DNA of 64,000 nt from assembly GCA_964252035.1 (NCBI GenBank), contig OZ176209.1; one strand, 5' to 3'. Below, piece by piece: positions 23,700 through 37,198 of this stretch; position 1 is the first letter of the stretch, and each line of letters starts with the position of its first letter. Below the pieces are notes generated by a model. That model made no database searches, had not been told where the DNA came from, and saw nothing but the letters and a program-made list of their open reading frames with translations. Source of the stretch: Podarcis erhardii (taxonomy: Eukaryota). A program made the position numbers and the translations under genes.

Positions 23700-24420
23700 C
23701 CTAGCTGACTACATCAACAGAATCAAAACGCTTGGCATTGAAAGCACAGCATTTGATTGGTGGGTGCGTCAATGCTTTCAAGGATTAAGCTATTATACAG
23801 GCATATGGAACTGTGATGCTGAAAGGAATTCAGCTGATGAGAAAGCACACAAACAAGGAATACAACCATATGTGCATCTGATAGGAGAGACGTTGGTGCT
23901 GTCTATAATGAAGTGGTTGACTCTCTTGTTGAGTTCTTGAATAAACGTTTTGAAGTTGATTCTGATCTGCTGCTCAAAGGCAAGCCTTTTGAAACCTTCA
24001 GTAAACCAGGAGGAAGTTCACAAGGTGTTATTTGCAGAACTTGATCTGACCGAACTTTCATTAGAGTAGGGGAGATTCCCTACTCTAGGAGTAGAAGTGA
24101 TGTTCACAGATGATGACACATTTGTTTCACTTTCTTGCATTATCTGATCCACACAGAAATGTCACAGTGCTCATGATCCTTCTTCTGGCAGCTAAGCTTC
24201 ACAGTGCTGTTGCTGAGCATCTCACCTACACAAATGTCACTTTGAAGTCCATCAACGGAAACAAACTCTCTGTTGATTCAGAAACTGAACATCTGCATCT
24301 ATCACAATATGCCACCACTCATCGAATGGGATCCCAGGGCATCAGTGCTTCTGTAGATTAAAATATGTGAGCAGAGGACCAAAAATATGGCCACGGCAAG
24401 ACAGCAGTTGTGCTTTAAGG
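23700..24420 (+). pseudogene. Frameshifted hAT-superfamily transposase C-terminal half (ZNF862/KIAA1586-like clade, tentative)
   Basis: Joined frames give ASDRRDVGAVYNEVVDSLVEFLNKRFEVDSDLL (from 23874), HRNVTVLMILLLAAKLHSAVAEHL..VTLKSINGNKLSVD (hAT dimerisation-like SAxxERL...LKS...LS pattern) and NMPPLIEWDPRASVLL*IK. Several frameshifts and stops; ends approximate. Confidence 0.7.
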
Positions 24421-26785
24421 GATTTTCTTCAGAGGCTTGCAAGCATAATAACTCAAAACACTCAATCCCAGGTGTTGACAGTCTGATCAGCATGAACCAA
24501 ATAAATTGAAACATACTCAGCACAATGCGAAAGGAGGTACCATGGCACAACTGTGTAATATTCAGTTTTGTGTTTGCTTTGTGCTGGTATGTAACAGCTG
24601 CATACTTACATACACTGTTAAAACAGAGTTCAATAAATGCCAAAGTCCATAAATGGCTTGACTAGTCAAGTAGTTAGAGCCATAATATACTATTTATATA
24701 AGCTTATGAAGATTTAAAATGAACCAGTATTCATCTTCATTTTCTATTTCTTTTTATCTTTTCTCATCTATCTACTTTTTAAAGAAACTACATAGCTCCT
24801 TATTAAATCTTATATGCCCAACTGCACAAAAACTTATTTCACACTGCCACCAATTTTTTGACACTGCACAAAACGCGTCTGGTTCGACGTTATAACTTAA
24901 TAACTACTCCAGGGTTTATTCTAAGAGGTTTTATGTTATTCTTGTCACTGGCTCATAATTCTTACTTTCACATAATGTGCTCAACAAAGATTTGCAAAGC
25001 TTGGGGGGGGGGGAGAAGTCTGAAAACAGTAGGACAGAGTTTGCCAACTTTTTGGATCCATGGGCACATTTGCATGCTCCACAGTTGCACATGCACAGCC
25101 ATGCAAACATGTGCACGCATGTACAAAAGGCTTCCTCCAAGCCTAAGTTCTGTTTGTGGAGAAGAGGACAGGATCTGGCAGGGACCAAGGAAGGCTTCTG
25201 AGGGAGCATGTGCAGTGGTGTGTACCATGGGGGAAGAAAACATACATACATACATACATACATTTATTTTAGAAGAGGCTATTAAAAGTGAGTTAATGAC
25301 AAAAACAACTCATAAACAATGGAGTGCCTGATTCATAACTTCAGTCTCTTATGTCACTACATTAGAAAATCTGTAGTCTGCGCTTAACTTTAGTATAATA
25401 ATTTGAGACACATATTTCCTGCATGTTTTCATTCATTTTCACGTAAGTTCTAGAAAATTCTCTCTTCCCGCCCCCCATCTACTAAGTTGTAGTTTAAGAA
25501 CACCAAATAAGGCTGTTATTAAAAAAAAAGTCAGTTCCTTCTAACATTATGCAGTAATCTTGAGAAAATGTATGTATGAATCTCAAAAAGAGCTTAATAT
25601 TCCCCAATTACCTATTTCTCTTAAGCGAAATGGATGAACTATCTATCTGCTTTATTTTTTTTACCTGACCTAAATCATTTCTGGGCCGAGATTTCATGAA
25701 TTTCAATACATATCACATGGATATATTTCATCCATGGATAATTTCAGTATGCACGATTCAATTAACAGAACATTATTTATTTATTTTGAAACATTATTTA
25801 TGCACCACTAAAACAGGCACACACAGTATGTTTGAACACAGTGGTTGCATTCACACAGCCCCAGGCACAAGCAGAGTAAACAGATCAGGAAGTCTGGCTT
25901 CTCTATGTGTCTGTACTTCAGAACACGGTTTGTTGCTGCTTCTTAACAAGCCACAATCAAGAGACAACCTTAAGCCGTGGTTAAATGTTGGTGTGCTGAT
26001 TGTTTATCCCATTCGCACTAGGGGAAGACTGAAGCAGGAGTGACCTAGCAGCATCCAGCAGCATGCTGCTCTTTCACAATAAATCACGATAAGCCAGAAA
26101 GTCTGGCTTATCATTACAAACAAACACTATCTCGCTAAAGATCATGGCAATTTCTTCCACATAAATATTTACAGAAATAACTAGTTGCCATTTTTAGATT
26201 GTTTATCTTAACCCGGCATCGAGAACAACAATGGTGTTTTTTTTAAAAAAAAAAAAATGCAAGGCACACCTCACACTGGAGAATTCCAGAGTTATATTTG
26301 TCTGCTATTAATTTTAGTGAATTCTCATATACGGTTTTGGTTAACAGATACATTGGACAAGTGGAGAACACAATTTACACACTTACAATGACTGACAGCA
26401 GGTGTGTGAACTGCCACATAAATCTCATGTGCAGCTACTTTAAACATGTCCAGTTTATGGAAGCAAACAAACAAAATATGCAAACTTTTAAGTTACAGCT
26501 GCATTCCTCCAAGGACTACAAAAAAGACCAAGAACATGCAAAGGATCTGTTGACAAGTGCAGTGTTTGCAAGGTGAGAGAATTTAACGTAAGTGCACAAT
26601 GACAGGTAGAAATATCCCAAGATGCTCTGCAACAACCTGAAATAACCAGAACAAATATACCAAACACAAATAAATACTGATGGTAGTTATTCATAGCAAG
26701 TTAACAGGACTAAAGTACTCTGGTCACTAGGACATACCAACTTTCAAGGGGTTCTGGAAGTATAGTATTGGAAGAGGCAGAGGTG

Positions 26786-26842
26786 GAAGAAGAAGAAGAA
26801 GAAGAAGAAGAAGAAGAAGAAGAAGAAGAAGAAGAAGAAGAA
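26786..26842. repeat. (GAA)n microsatellite
   Basis: Direct reading. Confidence 0.95.
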
Positions 26843-26911
26843 ATAGCAGTAGTGGGGTTTTTCCCCACATGAGTACAAAATCTGTACATTACTATTAGTG
26901 TACTGCTTTAC

Positions 26912-27048
26912 CAGAGGTAGGGAACCTGTTCACCTCCAGATATTGCTGTATGACAGCTATAATTCCTGACCACTGGACCATGCTGGCTGGGGCTAATAGG
27001 AGTTGGGAGTCGAACAGCATCTGCAGGAGCACAGGTTCCCCATCTCTG
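26912..27048. mobile_element. Older ~137-bp palindromic hAT MITE
   Basis: TIRs CAGAGGTAGGGAACCTGT...ACAGGTTCCCCATCTCTG; internal ctccagat...atctg arms; TSD decayed. Confidence 0.7.
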
Positions 27049-27575
27049 TTATATAACTACTGATATATTTGGGCTTAATTAACAGTACTTCTTTCTCCAC
27101 TTATTTCTTAATAAACAGTGGCTTATTATCAACTTATTCCCAGAGGAACTTATTGCCAGGAATGCTTTACAGAGAGTCTTGCAAAGAAACAGTGTGGATG
27201 GTTTAGAATCAGGAGTGGTTAAATATCCATTCAAAGGCAGCATTTTCTATGTGGAAAAATGGGAAGGCCTCTGTTTTTCTTCGCCCAGGCACAAACCAGA
27301 CAGAAACAGCAGTAGTTTTATCTTCACTGTAATTACTGTGCCAGCAGTACAAAAGTAAAGTACTTTACTGAAATAAATGTGGAAATAAACTTCGAAAGTG
27401 TGGGTATAAACCCCATTGCTACTTCTCATGTAATTTATTCAGCAAAACAGGAGTATTACAGCAAGAAGTGTTGACTGCGCATAACTATCACTGAAAGATG
27501 TCAGTCTGTCAAGCTACTCCCACAAACAATCATTATTGCTATCTTCAGATTTGTTGAATTCCCATCCCTCTACAC

Positions 27576-27711
27576 CGGGCATGGCCAAACTTGGTCCTCC
27601 AGATGTTCTAGGACTACAACTCCCATCATCCCTAGCTAACAGGACCAGTGGTCAGGGATGATCGGAACTGTAGTCCCAAAACATCTGGAGGGCCAAGCTT
27701 GGTCATGCCTG
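27576..27711. mobile_element. 136-bp palindromic hAT MITE
   Basis: Same family as 6831-6966; perfect 8-bp TSD CTCTACAC at 27568-27575 and 27712-27719. Confidence 0.92.
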
Positions 27712-27719
27712 CTCTACAC

Positions 27720-27915
27720 AATCCTGGAGAAGGTCTTCAGATACCCAGCTCTAAGGGTCATATAGGGGTTCAAAAGTTAAATCCAGAACTTTGAATTGTA
27801 CCTAGAAACAAAAAGGAATCCAATGATTTTTATTTTTAAACTAAGGATGTGTCTTCTGATTGACCAGCCTTAGTTAATCATCTAGCTCCAGGTTTCCTGA
27901 ACCAGATGTAGTTTC
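27720..27915 (-). mobile_element. Old L2 fragment
   Basis: ccagaactttgaattgtacctagaaaca...atctagctccaggtttcctgaaccagatgtagtttcc resembles the L2 stretch at 37585-37720. Confidence 0.55.
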
Positions 27916-30859
27916 CAAGGTATGGTGCCCTCTAGGTGTTTTGGATTACTACTCTCATCGGCCCCATCTGGCACAGCTGTCTTGATAGGGTTTGATTGAA
28001 GTTGCAGTCCAAACATCTGGACAATACCAGATTGGCAAAGGCAGCAGTACTCTAACCTAGATGTTATCTGGGCACAAAGAACTGTGACTAGAGAGAAGTA
28101 GGAGCTGGTGCACCAGACTCATATAAGAAACAGTAAAAGGTGTTTTCAGCTACAGATGCCACCTCAACATAAAGAAAATAAGGGCCAGAGCTAACTGCCA
28201 AGCTGATCCATTAGAAAGAATAAAACTGCAACCAGAATGGGAGAAAATAACACTTCCACCAGCTACCAACAGCACCATCTATTAAATATAATGTGGTCTG
28301 TAAGTTAGCTTGTGTACTATCCATCATGTCTAGAAAATACATTGAAATGAGAGACCACACTTTACTGAAAGATATATAGAAAATTACATTTTCAAGATTA
28401 CCCACTCTTTATCTACTACCATGTTCAGACTACTTAAGTGAACAATTCTTTCCTTTCTGCCCATTAAGAAAGATACTGTGTTTTCCTTTTACCTTCTCGA
28501 GATCAAAAGCTTATTTTGCAAAGACTCCGCCACCCCATAGGTCAACGACTTGCATCATATTTTCATGACAAACACTTATGCAAGACAAATTGCAGACAGG
28601 CATGAAAAGGCAAAGCAATAAGCTGGAGTTAGTCCAATCTCATGTTAGCTACTTTGACTTTAACACAGTACTACGTGCAACAAAACAATTAAGAGAGGGG
28701 GGAAAGAAATACAATTTCAGACTTATTAAAAATGCATAAAGTGCCCACTTGGAACAGTATAAATTAATGTATCTCCTGCCACACCATTAGTTGCAAGGCT
28801 AAGAATGATGCTACTCAGCAGGCTAGTGCTTTAATGAAGAAGCACCTGAATTCCAGGGAGGAACACCTGTGGTTGGAAATCAGAAAACACTTGCGATCAA
28901 AAAGAGAGCTGCTGAGTAATGTGTTTTCTGGATCTTGGTCCCATGTGTTTCTAAAGAGGGTACATATAATAACACAGTTTGAAATATTCCAGCGTACGAG
29001 AGTAGAGTACTAACAGAACAAAGGAAGAGCGCGTATACTTTTAGGTATATGCAAAGTAAGGTTAGAGTCATTCACTTCAATAAGCAGAGTTACAGGAAAG
29101 TATTTATCATGATTAAGGAGTGGAAAGTTATATAGAAGAGACGCCAACGAAACATAGCTCAAATGGAAGGGAGACCCATTGTTCTGAGCATGTGAACAAA
29201 CATTTATAAATGCTTTCTTTCTCTGAACAACTAAGTGTAATGTTCCTGATTGGTCCATACCATTTGATTGTTGTTTAAGACAAGACTACAGATAGACCAC
29301 CCAGCTCATTCAACTTTTTAGAATATGAATGTAGTACTCACTGGCTTGGATAGTAAGATAAGTAAACTCAAGGAAGTTCACAAAAGCACAGTTTCCTGTC
29401 TTCCCTCCTACATCCAACTCTGCCCCCAGAAAAACTCTCTGGAGGATCAGGTACCCTCCTAAGAAATATGGGAGAGTGTAAAGGGGAGAATCCTACAAAA
29501 TCAGGCCAAGATCCACCCAATTTTAGGCAATTAACCTTGAATATCGCATCCCACATTGTTCAGACCTGACTCTTCACCCGCCAGAGGTGTGACTATAGTG
29601 GGGAATGGGGAAAATTTATTTCCTTAAGTTAACTTATATTAGGATCTAAACCATTATTTTTAGCCTTCCATACTCTGATCTTTCAGTTCCTCTCGACAAG
29701 CTTACCTAATTTTGGCAGGGAATAGGGCACTTTGAAGTAGTCTTCATAAAACTCAACTAGTCTCCGAGTAATGTTTAGAGCATAATCCCCAGATCCTCTT
29801 CTGATGGCATCAGGTCTTGCATACAATCGGATCTGATTGGAAAACAAAACAAATGAAATGACTGGTCATTATGTTTTCTGCCATTTTACATGGATTACAA
29901 AGTGAAAACGTCCAAATATGTTAGGTCTCTCTGTCTCCCTCTGCCCTCCCCTCCCTCCAAATCCCAATATGAGCAGCATAGATGGCTTTACTGAAATAAC
30001 AAACTTGCACAATTAAAAATAACAAAGCTGAAAGTGCCACCAATCCAAAACTGTAGCTGTATATGTTGCCAAATACACAGATTTTAATACATCTTGCATC
30101 AAATATGAATATTCAATGCAATTGCTTACATGTGTTTTCCAGAGATATGATGGCACAGTGGATTAGTGTAATGGCTCTTTGCCTACTTTAAATGTAGAGG
30201 TGGCTCAGTAGGAAAGGAGTTCATGGCAAGTTAAAGGCACTTTCCATCAAACCCTGAACACATTAGCAGGCTGTGTAGGTAATATAATAATTCATCCACC
30301 CTTTCTTATACTGGCACTGATGAGCAAAATAAGCCCTCAGAAATAACCATTTATAAGCTTATTCATGTACACAAACAATTAGTATTCCTGAAGCCTATCC
30401 ATGACTGCTCCAGGCCAGTATTTCTATTTTCAAAATGCAGTAAGTATATTAAAGCTGTTCATACTTCTTACACAATGTAGATGCTGAAGCTGCGTTCAGC
30501 ATAAAACATTTCAGCTGTCTTCCTGTATGAATCACCAAAATGAAACAGCCATTTCTTCATCTACAGGGTGTGGGTTGCAGCCTTCATTGCTTCTGTAGGC
30601 TGTTCCTGTCAGCCAAAGTTTTTCAAAGTGCCTCACAGAGCATATAGAATTTGTCAGCCTATAAGCTAATGCACCTCAAACACTGCTGCTATTCACCCCA
30701 AAGCAGGGCTATATGACAATCAGCGGCTCAGTTCCCATGTCACTTGAAGCCTCAGGTAAGCATTACCATCATGGTTTAAAGAAGAACATGTGGAATGCTG
30801 GTACTCAGGGTCAAAGCTATGTCCACTTTGTGCCTTCCCCACTTATGCTGTGCTACTGG

Positions 30860-31140
30860 GATCTAACCTATGGTTTGGCTTAGAGTTGTGTCTGAACCCA
30901 GGTTCATGGTTTCTCAGTTTCTCTCTCTCTCTCTCTCTCCAAACAAACCATGAGCCATAACCAAGGTTTGTTCTTGGTTTAGTACTCATGGTTTGTTTGA
31001 GGGAGTCAAACCTTAAGCCCATGATCAGATTTAACACTGAGCCAAACCATGGATTAGCTCTTAATAGTGGCAATGGTGATTTTGCTCCCAGCATGCTACA
31101 TGCTTACCTTTAAACCATGGTTATTGTGTAAACAAGGCCA
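30860..31140. repeat. Ancient palindromic AAACCATGGTTT-rich element
   Basis: Repeated aaaccatg/catggttt motifs in inverted arrangement; similar decayed sequence at 17140-17775 and 20090-20360. Superfamily not assignable. Confidence 0.4.
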
Positions 31141-31312
31141 ATATGCAAACCATTAATGTGGTTGACTGCCAAATGCAACAATAGACCATTCTGGTCTGTT
31201 GCACACTCTGCTCCCTAAAAATCTACACCAACAGGGATCAGTCTTAAAAAGAGTGCACCACAAAGCAAATTCAAAATTATGAAGTTGTACCACTTGAGTG
31301 TTTGCTATAGTA

Positions 31313-31713
31313 CAGGGATGGCCAACTTCCAAGAGACTGCAATCTACTCACACAATTAAAAACTGGCAGTGATCTACCCTTTGGGGGGGGGGGTTTCAGG
31401 TCAAAGTTGTTGAGCTTTTTTAGGAAGGAAAGCTGTTTTTTCAGGAGTTCAGGTAAAAGTTGTTGAGCTTTGACCTGAATCCCATGGGGGTGGGCAGAGA
31501 GAAGAGGAAAGGAATAAATGAAAAAAGTATCTCACCAAGAGATCACTAATGAAACAGTCAGCCTAGCAGTAAGAGCTCCTTCTTCCATTCTAGCGATCTA
31601 GAGGGCGGGGTGAGGGGGCAGGGGCTGATGGAGGAGCCAGCGATTGACCACGATCTACCAAAACCGCCTGGGGATTGACCAGTAGATCGTGATTGACCTG
31701 TTGGACATCCCTG
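31313..31713. mobile_element. 401-bp hAT MITE
   Basis: TIRs CAGGGATGGCCAAC...GTTGGACATCCCTG; perfect 8-bp TSD CTATAGTA at 31305-31312 and 31714-31721. Confidence 0.92.
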
Positions 31714-33190
31714 CTATAGTACATATGCATGCAGCCCTATTTCTTCAAAGCACAGTTCTCTACAAAGGCCCCTAGAGTTTAAATGGCTTACACCCATGTA
31801 AGTGGGTATAGGCCTACAGTCTATAGAGGCAAACCCATACAATGTGCATGCCTGAGTAAAAATCAAAGGAAGGCCCACAGACTCTCCTGCTGTGACTTGT
31901 GGCACCCATGGTTTACAACACAATACATTGTTATAGTTAGATCTTCCCTAAAACAGAGGTTAGTTATGTGCAGAACTGTGTGAAAAAACTGGAGAAAAAC
32001 TGTTGGTGAATAGCGGTCTTGCCACACTACCCCCTGTGCTTGCTACTGTCTTGCATGTTCTCTTCTGACTTCAAGAAGTCAACAGCATCCATTGGGAGAC
32101 AATGGAATGATATTTAATATGGCTGCCTCCAGTTCCATTCAGTTCAGCTGGCCTCGGTGCCAAAATATTAAAACACCACAATCAGCATCACAGCTACAGA
32201 AGTAACACAGATGCTTGGGATCTTGATGGCTCTCTCACATATTATGTTTTTGCTATTCAAAGATTATGTTTAGACTGCTATAAAGAAAGTTGGTGTGGCA
32301 TCCATTCTTGTAAAGTAATAAGTTTTAGAAGACAGAAAGAGGTCTTCTCAGCAAGATTTTAGAATCTTTGATAAAAACCAAGTCTCAAAAGTTACATCTC
32401 ACACAAGCAATGGGGGAAATGTGCTGGTCAGTGTTTCCCCACTCCTTACTGTACAGACCAGATGTGCTCAATGTGGAAACCTCCCAGATGTTGGATGCCC
32501 ACCCCCATCAACCCTAGTCAGCATGGCTTAATGGTCAGGAATTATGTAAACTGCAGTCCAACACCATCTGGTGGGCAGCACATTGTTTCCCCCTGTTCCA
32601 CACCATGACTAATATCTGACTTGCATCCATTCACATGCAGACAAGTGTCATGACAGGATCATAATCCACATTGCTTTTGGTAAGTGGAAATGACACAATG
32701 GGAAATGGGGAGACAGAATAATTTCCCCAAAGCTTTTCTTGGGAGTTATGAAATTGTACTTTCCAATAAAAACAAAAACACTGGTCATGGTTCATCTTCA
32801 CATTTGTGCAGGATCTTAGTAGAGTACCTAATTATTGCCTTTTTCTGAGGAAATGTGAAATAGAAAACACAATTAAGCTAATGATTCATGTAATACAATT
32901 GAGTTTTACTCTCTGGCGAGCCCTTTTTCTACTTTTTAACACTTGAAGCAATGCAGTATATACATGAATTCCATGATCATGTCCACTTTCCTTAGAAAAC
33001 ATTAACCCCCCATGTCGAGAGACAATGGAAGAAGAGGTGTCTTTGGGGATAAAGACACTTTTCCGTAAGTGCTGTGGTGGATACAGTTCAGTGCATGAGT
33101 TTAACACATATTTCATTTGTGACACCAACATGCTTGACTGAAAATCACTATAATCCCTAAGCAGTAGGTCCAGATTAGCTACTCTGCAAA

Positions 33191-33831
33191 CTAAAACTAG
33201 ACCAAATTACTGCTCAAAGACTGATCCGCCAAAGACTGGATGACATCGATCTACAGCGTAATTATATGCTGGGGGGAGGTGTTTGTTCGCCTCAGAACAT
33301 TGGTATCACTTTAACTTACTGCGTTCCATCATACCTCTCCTCCCTTTCGACTGTTGCCCATAGACTGGCCTTCACCAAAGCGAGGTTCAACGTTTTTCCC
33401 TCCAACGTCCTGAGACATAGATTCTCAAAGGGCCAAGCCCCCGCCATGTGCGAATGTGATAAGGAGACACCGGAGTCGCTCCAGCACATTATGTTCATTT
33501 GCCCCCTGTTCAATGTGCCACGGGCAAATTTGTTGGGATCAATCATACAGAAACTAGAGGGTTCCCCACCAAAATTCCACCTTGCCCAAATCTTGCAGGA
33601 TAAGGATACTCATACGACCCTGAAAGTGGCAAGGTTCCTGGTCGCTGTCCTTACCCAAAAGCGACGCCAAGGAGCACTACAAGCTAACTAAGGCGTAGTA
33701 TGCCATTATATCTTATAGTATTTTATTGTTATAGTGGTGTTTTAGCGGCTGTTTTTCCCACGTGCACAAGTTGTTATTTATGTGTCGTTTTTACCTGTAT
33801 GGGCCTATGGCCGTAAATAAAATTACTACTA
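33191..33831 (+). mobile_element. Young 5'-truncated non-LTR retrotransposon (RTE-X-like; clade uncertain)
   Basis: Open frame from 33191 to the stop at 33691: LKLDQITAQRLIRQRLDDIDLQ...RLAFTKARFNVFPS...CECDKETPESLQHIMFICPLF (C-x-C...H-x4-C); aataaa plus (TAC)n tail; 12-bp TSD CTACTCTGCAAA at 33179-33190 and 33832-33843. Confidence 0.85.
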
Positions 33832-33943
33832 CTACTCTGCAAATGGGAAGGCTCCTTATGTACAGACAAGGAACAGAGATCCAGCAGAGACTACCTGCTT
33901 AAGGAAATGTGAAGATGTTCCTTATCAACTTAGCATTTCCCCT

Positions 33944-33979
<36 letters not shown>

Positions 33980-35596
33980 CGCGCTCATGCTGCTATGGAG
34001 TCCCTCCCAACCATTGAAGCAACTTTTCAGGAAGCAAAGGAATCCATGAAGATCACACCCCTTCTTCCAGTAGAAGCAAAGCTCTGCTGAGCTTAACTCT
34101 AGATCCACCCCACTTCATGGAGAAACTTGTCCCTAGACAATTGCCACTGACTTTGTTCTGTTCTGGTCAATCTATCTGTATCCTTGTATCTTCTTTGTCC
34201 ATTTCACAGTTTCAGTGCTGCAGTTTCCCAGTGACCTATCTGTTCAATAATAATTTCCCCTCTTACTTGCCCATTCCACAAATCCCACAAGTTTGAAAGA
34301 AATATACTATTGTAGTCTTTTTAAAAGTTTTTGTAACTTGTCAACGCTCACAGGCTGTTTTTAAGAGAGAGAGGAAATCCAACGGCTGATTCATGCATTG
34401 CTTTTTATGTAGCAAAGTCATCACAAGAGAATTTTAAATGTTCTGTTCATGAAGAGAATATTTCTTGTGAATATGGTCTTACAAGATGACAGCTAGTATT
34501 TATCATGTATGAGTAAAAGCCTGAGAACTAACACGTTGCTAAATATGGCAAATACTAGGTGTCACTACAGGGAGAACATTGACAAGAAATATTCACCATG
34601 TGAAACATGCGAGGTAAAAGTCATATTGTGATGACTTTATCACATTAAATCTTCATATGTGAAAAGGATGGAAAACAAACACCAACAAGGCAGCCCAGTT
34701 ATCCTCAAAAAACTGCTGGTGTAAATGTAGAGCAAAGTAACTGTGAATAAATAGGGGGAGCGGGAACAGGAGTGGATAAACGACAAACACCCTGCAATTT
34801 AGTTGAATTAAACATTGCTAGATAGGTAGCCAGAAAACCCAGACAAAGGCAATGCTCAATAATAAACCACAGGATAACTCAAAAAGAAATAGAGAAGATC
34901 AATACCATGAACTTGTCAGCAGATATTTCAGAATTCAAGAAAAACAATGTTTACTCTATTTCGTGGTGAAACAGATTTGACTGACAAAAATATGCAATTA
35001 TTTATTATATCCCTGAAGGCTGTTTGATATTTAAACTAAGGGCTTAATACTATATTAGTTTCATTTCTGCAAGATTAGACCCATGATAGTTTTGAATGTT
35101 TTTTGCACAGTTGGATCTAAGTCAAGGAAAACAATCTTCACACAGTATATGTTCAGCTTTAAACAGTATAAACAAACTTGCCATAATACAGAATAATGCA
35201 TGCAAGCTGTCACTGAAGCAAGCAGACATCAGAACAAGATGAGTGAGCTAAATTGCTGGAGTCAGAATAATCCAGACAGTCCCACTAACAAAGGTGCCTT
35301 GTGGATGTCAGCTGTTACTCACACATTATCAAAAAGTAACTCATGTTGAGCACCATTTACCAAAACTTTCTACTGAGTAAGGACAACTGAAATGAAAAGG
35401 AAAATATGTAGACTTGTACAAACACCATTCATTGCATGGGAATTTGTGCACGAGAAGTGTCTGGGTCAAAAGAGAAGACATGGCAAGTGTGACCATATCA
35501 ATACCATCAAAATGTTACCTTTTGGTTACCAGGCTCCCTAGTTTGGGACTTGCATAAGCAAGTCAAAGAAGGGAGACACCTGGATTGCCAGTAGTG

Positions 35597-36216
35597 CATA
35601 TATGTGAAAAGAATCTAGGGGTCTTAGCAGACCACAAGCTTATCAAGAGTCAACAGTGTAATGTGGCAGCAAAGAAATTCTAGGCTGCATAAACAGAAGT
35701 ATGGCATTCACATCAATTGAAGTAAGAGTGCCACTCTATTCTATCCTGGTCATACAACGTGTGGAGAAACTATGTCTCCAGTTCTGGGCACCACAGTTTA
35801 AGAAAAATATTGAAAAGCTGAAAAATGTGCAGAGGAGGGTGGCCAAGGTTATAATGATGAAGTTGGGTATGTTTAGTCTGGAGAAGAGACTGGTTGCTGA
35901 TACAATAGCCATCTTCAAATATTTGAAGATGGAGCAAGCTAGTTATCTGGTGCTCCAGAGTATGGGACCCAAACCAGTGGATTCAAATTACAAGAAAGGA
36001 GATTCTGACTAAACATGAGGAAGAACTTTCTGGCCGTACTAACTGTTTGACAGTGGAATGAACTAGCTTGGAAGGCAATAGACTCTCTTTCACTGCAGGT
36101 ATTTAAGCAGAGATTTGATGACCGTCTGTCAGGGATCCTTGGGCTGTAATTCCTGAATTACATTGCAAGGGGTTAGATGATCCTCGAGGTGCCTTCTAAA
36201 TCTACAATTCTATGAT
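35597..36216 (+). mobile_element. Decayed CR1 LINE 3' part
   Basis: ORF 35701..36012 contains VPLYSILV...QFWAPQFKKNIEKLKNVQRRVAK; ends ccttctaaatctacaattctatga. Confidence 0.85.
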
Positions 36217-37198
36217 GCTTTGTAACAAAAATGTATTTAGTATATTATAGGGATACAAAATGTCAATGATAAATCAGCTGTTTGCTAAGAGACACTTGCA
36301 ATGTTTTCAGAAAAATGGCCATGGTTACTTTGGTTGAATCCTTCTGAAGTCAGATAAAAACAAAGTTAAAAGAAACAACCATACAAATGACATCCATTTC
36401 AGGAATTCTCATATTTTCCCATTTTTAAACTATATATTCAAGAGAACCTTGCAAAGTGGTCATACCCAGAGGGATGGTATTGAAAGATTAAGATTTTCAA
36501 AGATGAAAACAGCCATCTGAAAGATAACAAAACAAAGCCTTATCAAGGGGAAATCCATTATTCCTGGATATGCCCCTTGTATTGCAACATCAAAGAAAAA
36601 ATGGGTGAGCAAACTGGTAAAACCTTTCAAATGAAGATTATATAGATATGATAAAGCAATATGGTTGCTCTCAAATAAATCTTGTCAATGCTGCACTAAC
36701 GAGGGGATTTTGCAGTACGAGTACAGATAATAAACTACCTCATTAACAAGTTTTAATTAGTTTTTAAATTGGAATTATTGTGAATTACATGTATATATTT
36801 TTGTCATAATCTTCCATTTTTGCAATTTCCATCAACATTTAGTTTAACTACTAAATATGAGGAAAGCAGAGAAAATCATTCATCACAAAAGGACACATTA
36901 TCATTTAAAGTTCAGTAATGTGCTTCTCTAACTTACTTCAAACTTCATTTTTTGAAAAGAACAAATGAATGTATAATCATAGGATGCATACAATGGTTTC
37001 ACAAATTGTATCACTAGGCAGCAGGGATCACAATGTGGGCAGGGTAGGGAGGAGATGCTAGTCTGTTTAAAAAGAGGCTGTGATTCTGAATATGTATAAC
37101 ACTGATAACTTATCATTCAGTTTCAAACTGTTTTAAAGGTACAGTGTTTTGTGGCTTTTCTTTTCATTTTGGCTGTTAAAGTAAGTTCAACTTCAAAA

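Noticed and set aside
24302-24350. Minus-strand terminal exon ending STDALGSHSMSGGIL*
   Set aside because: Better explained as the antisense of the hAT transposase fossil.
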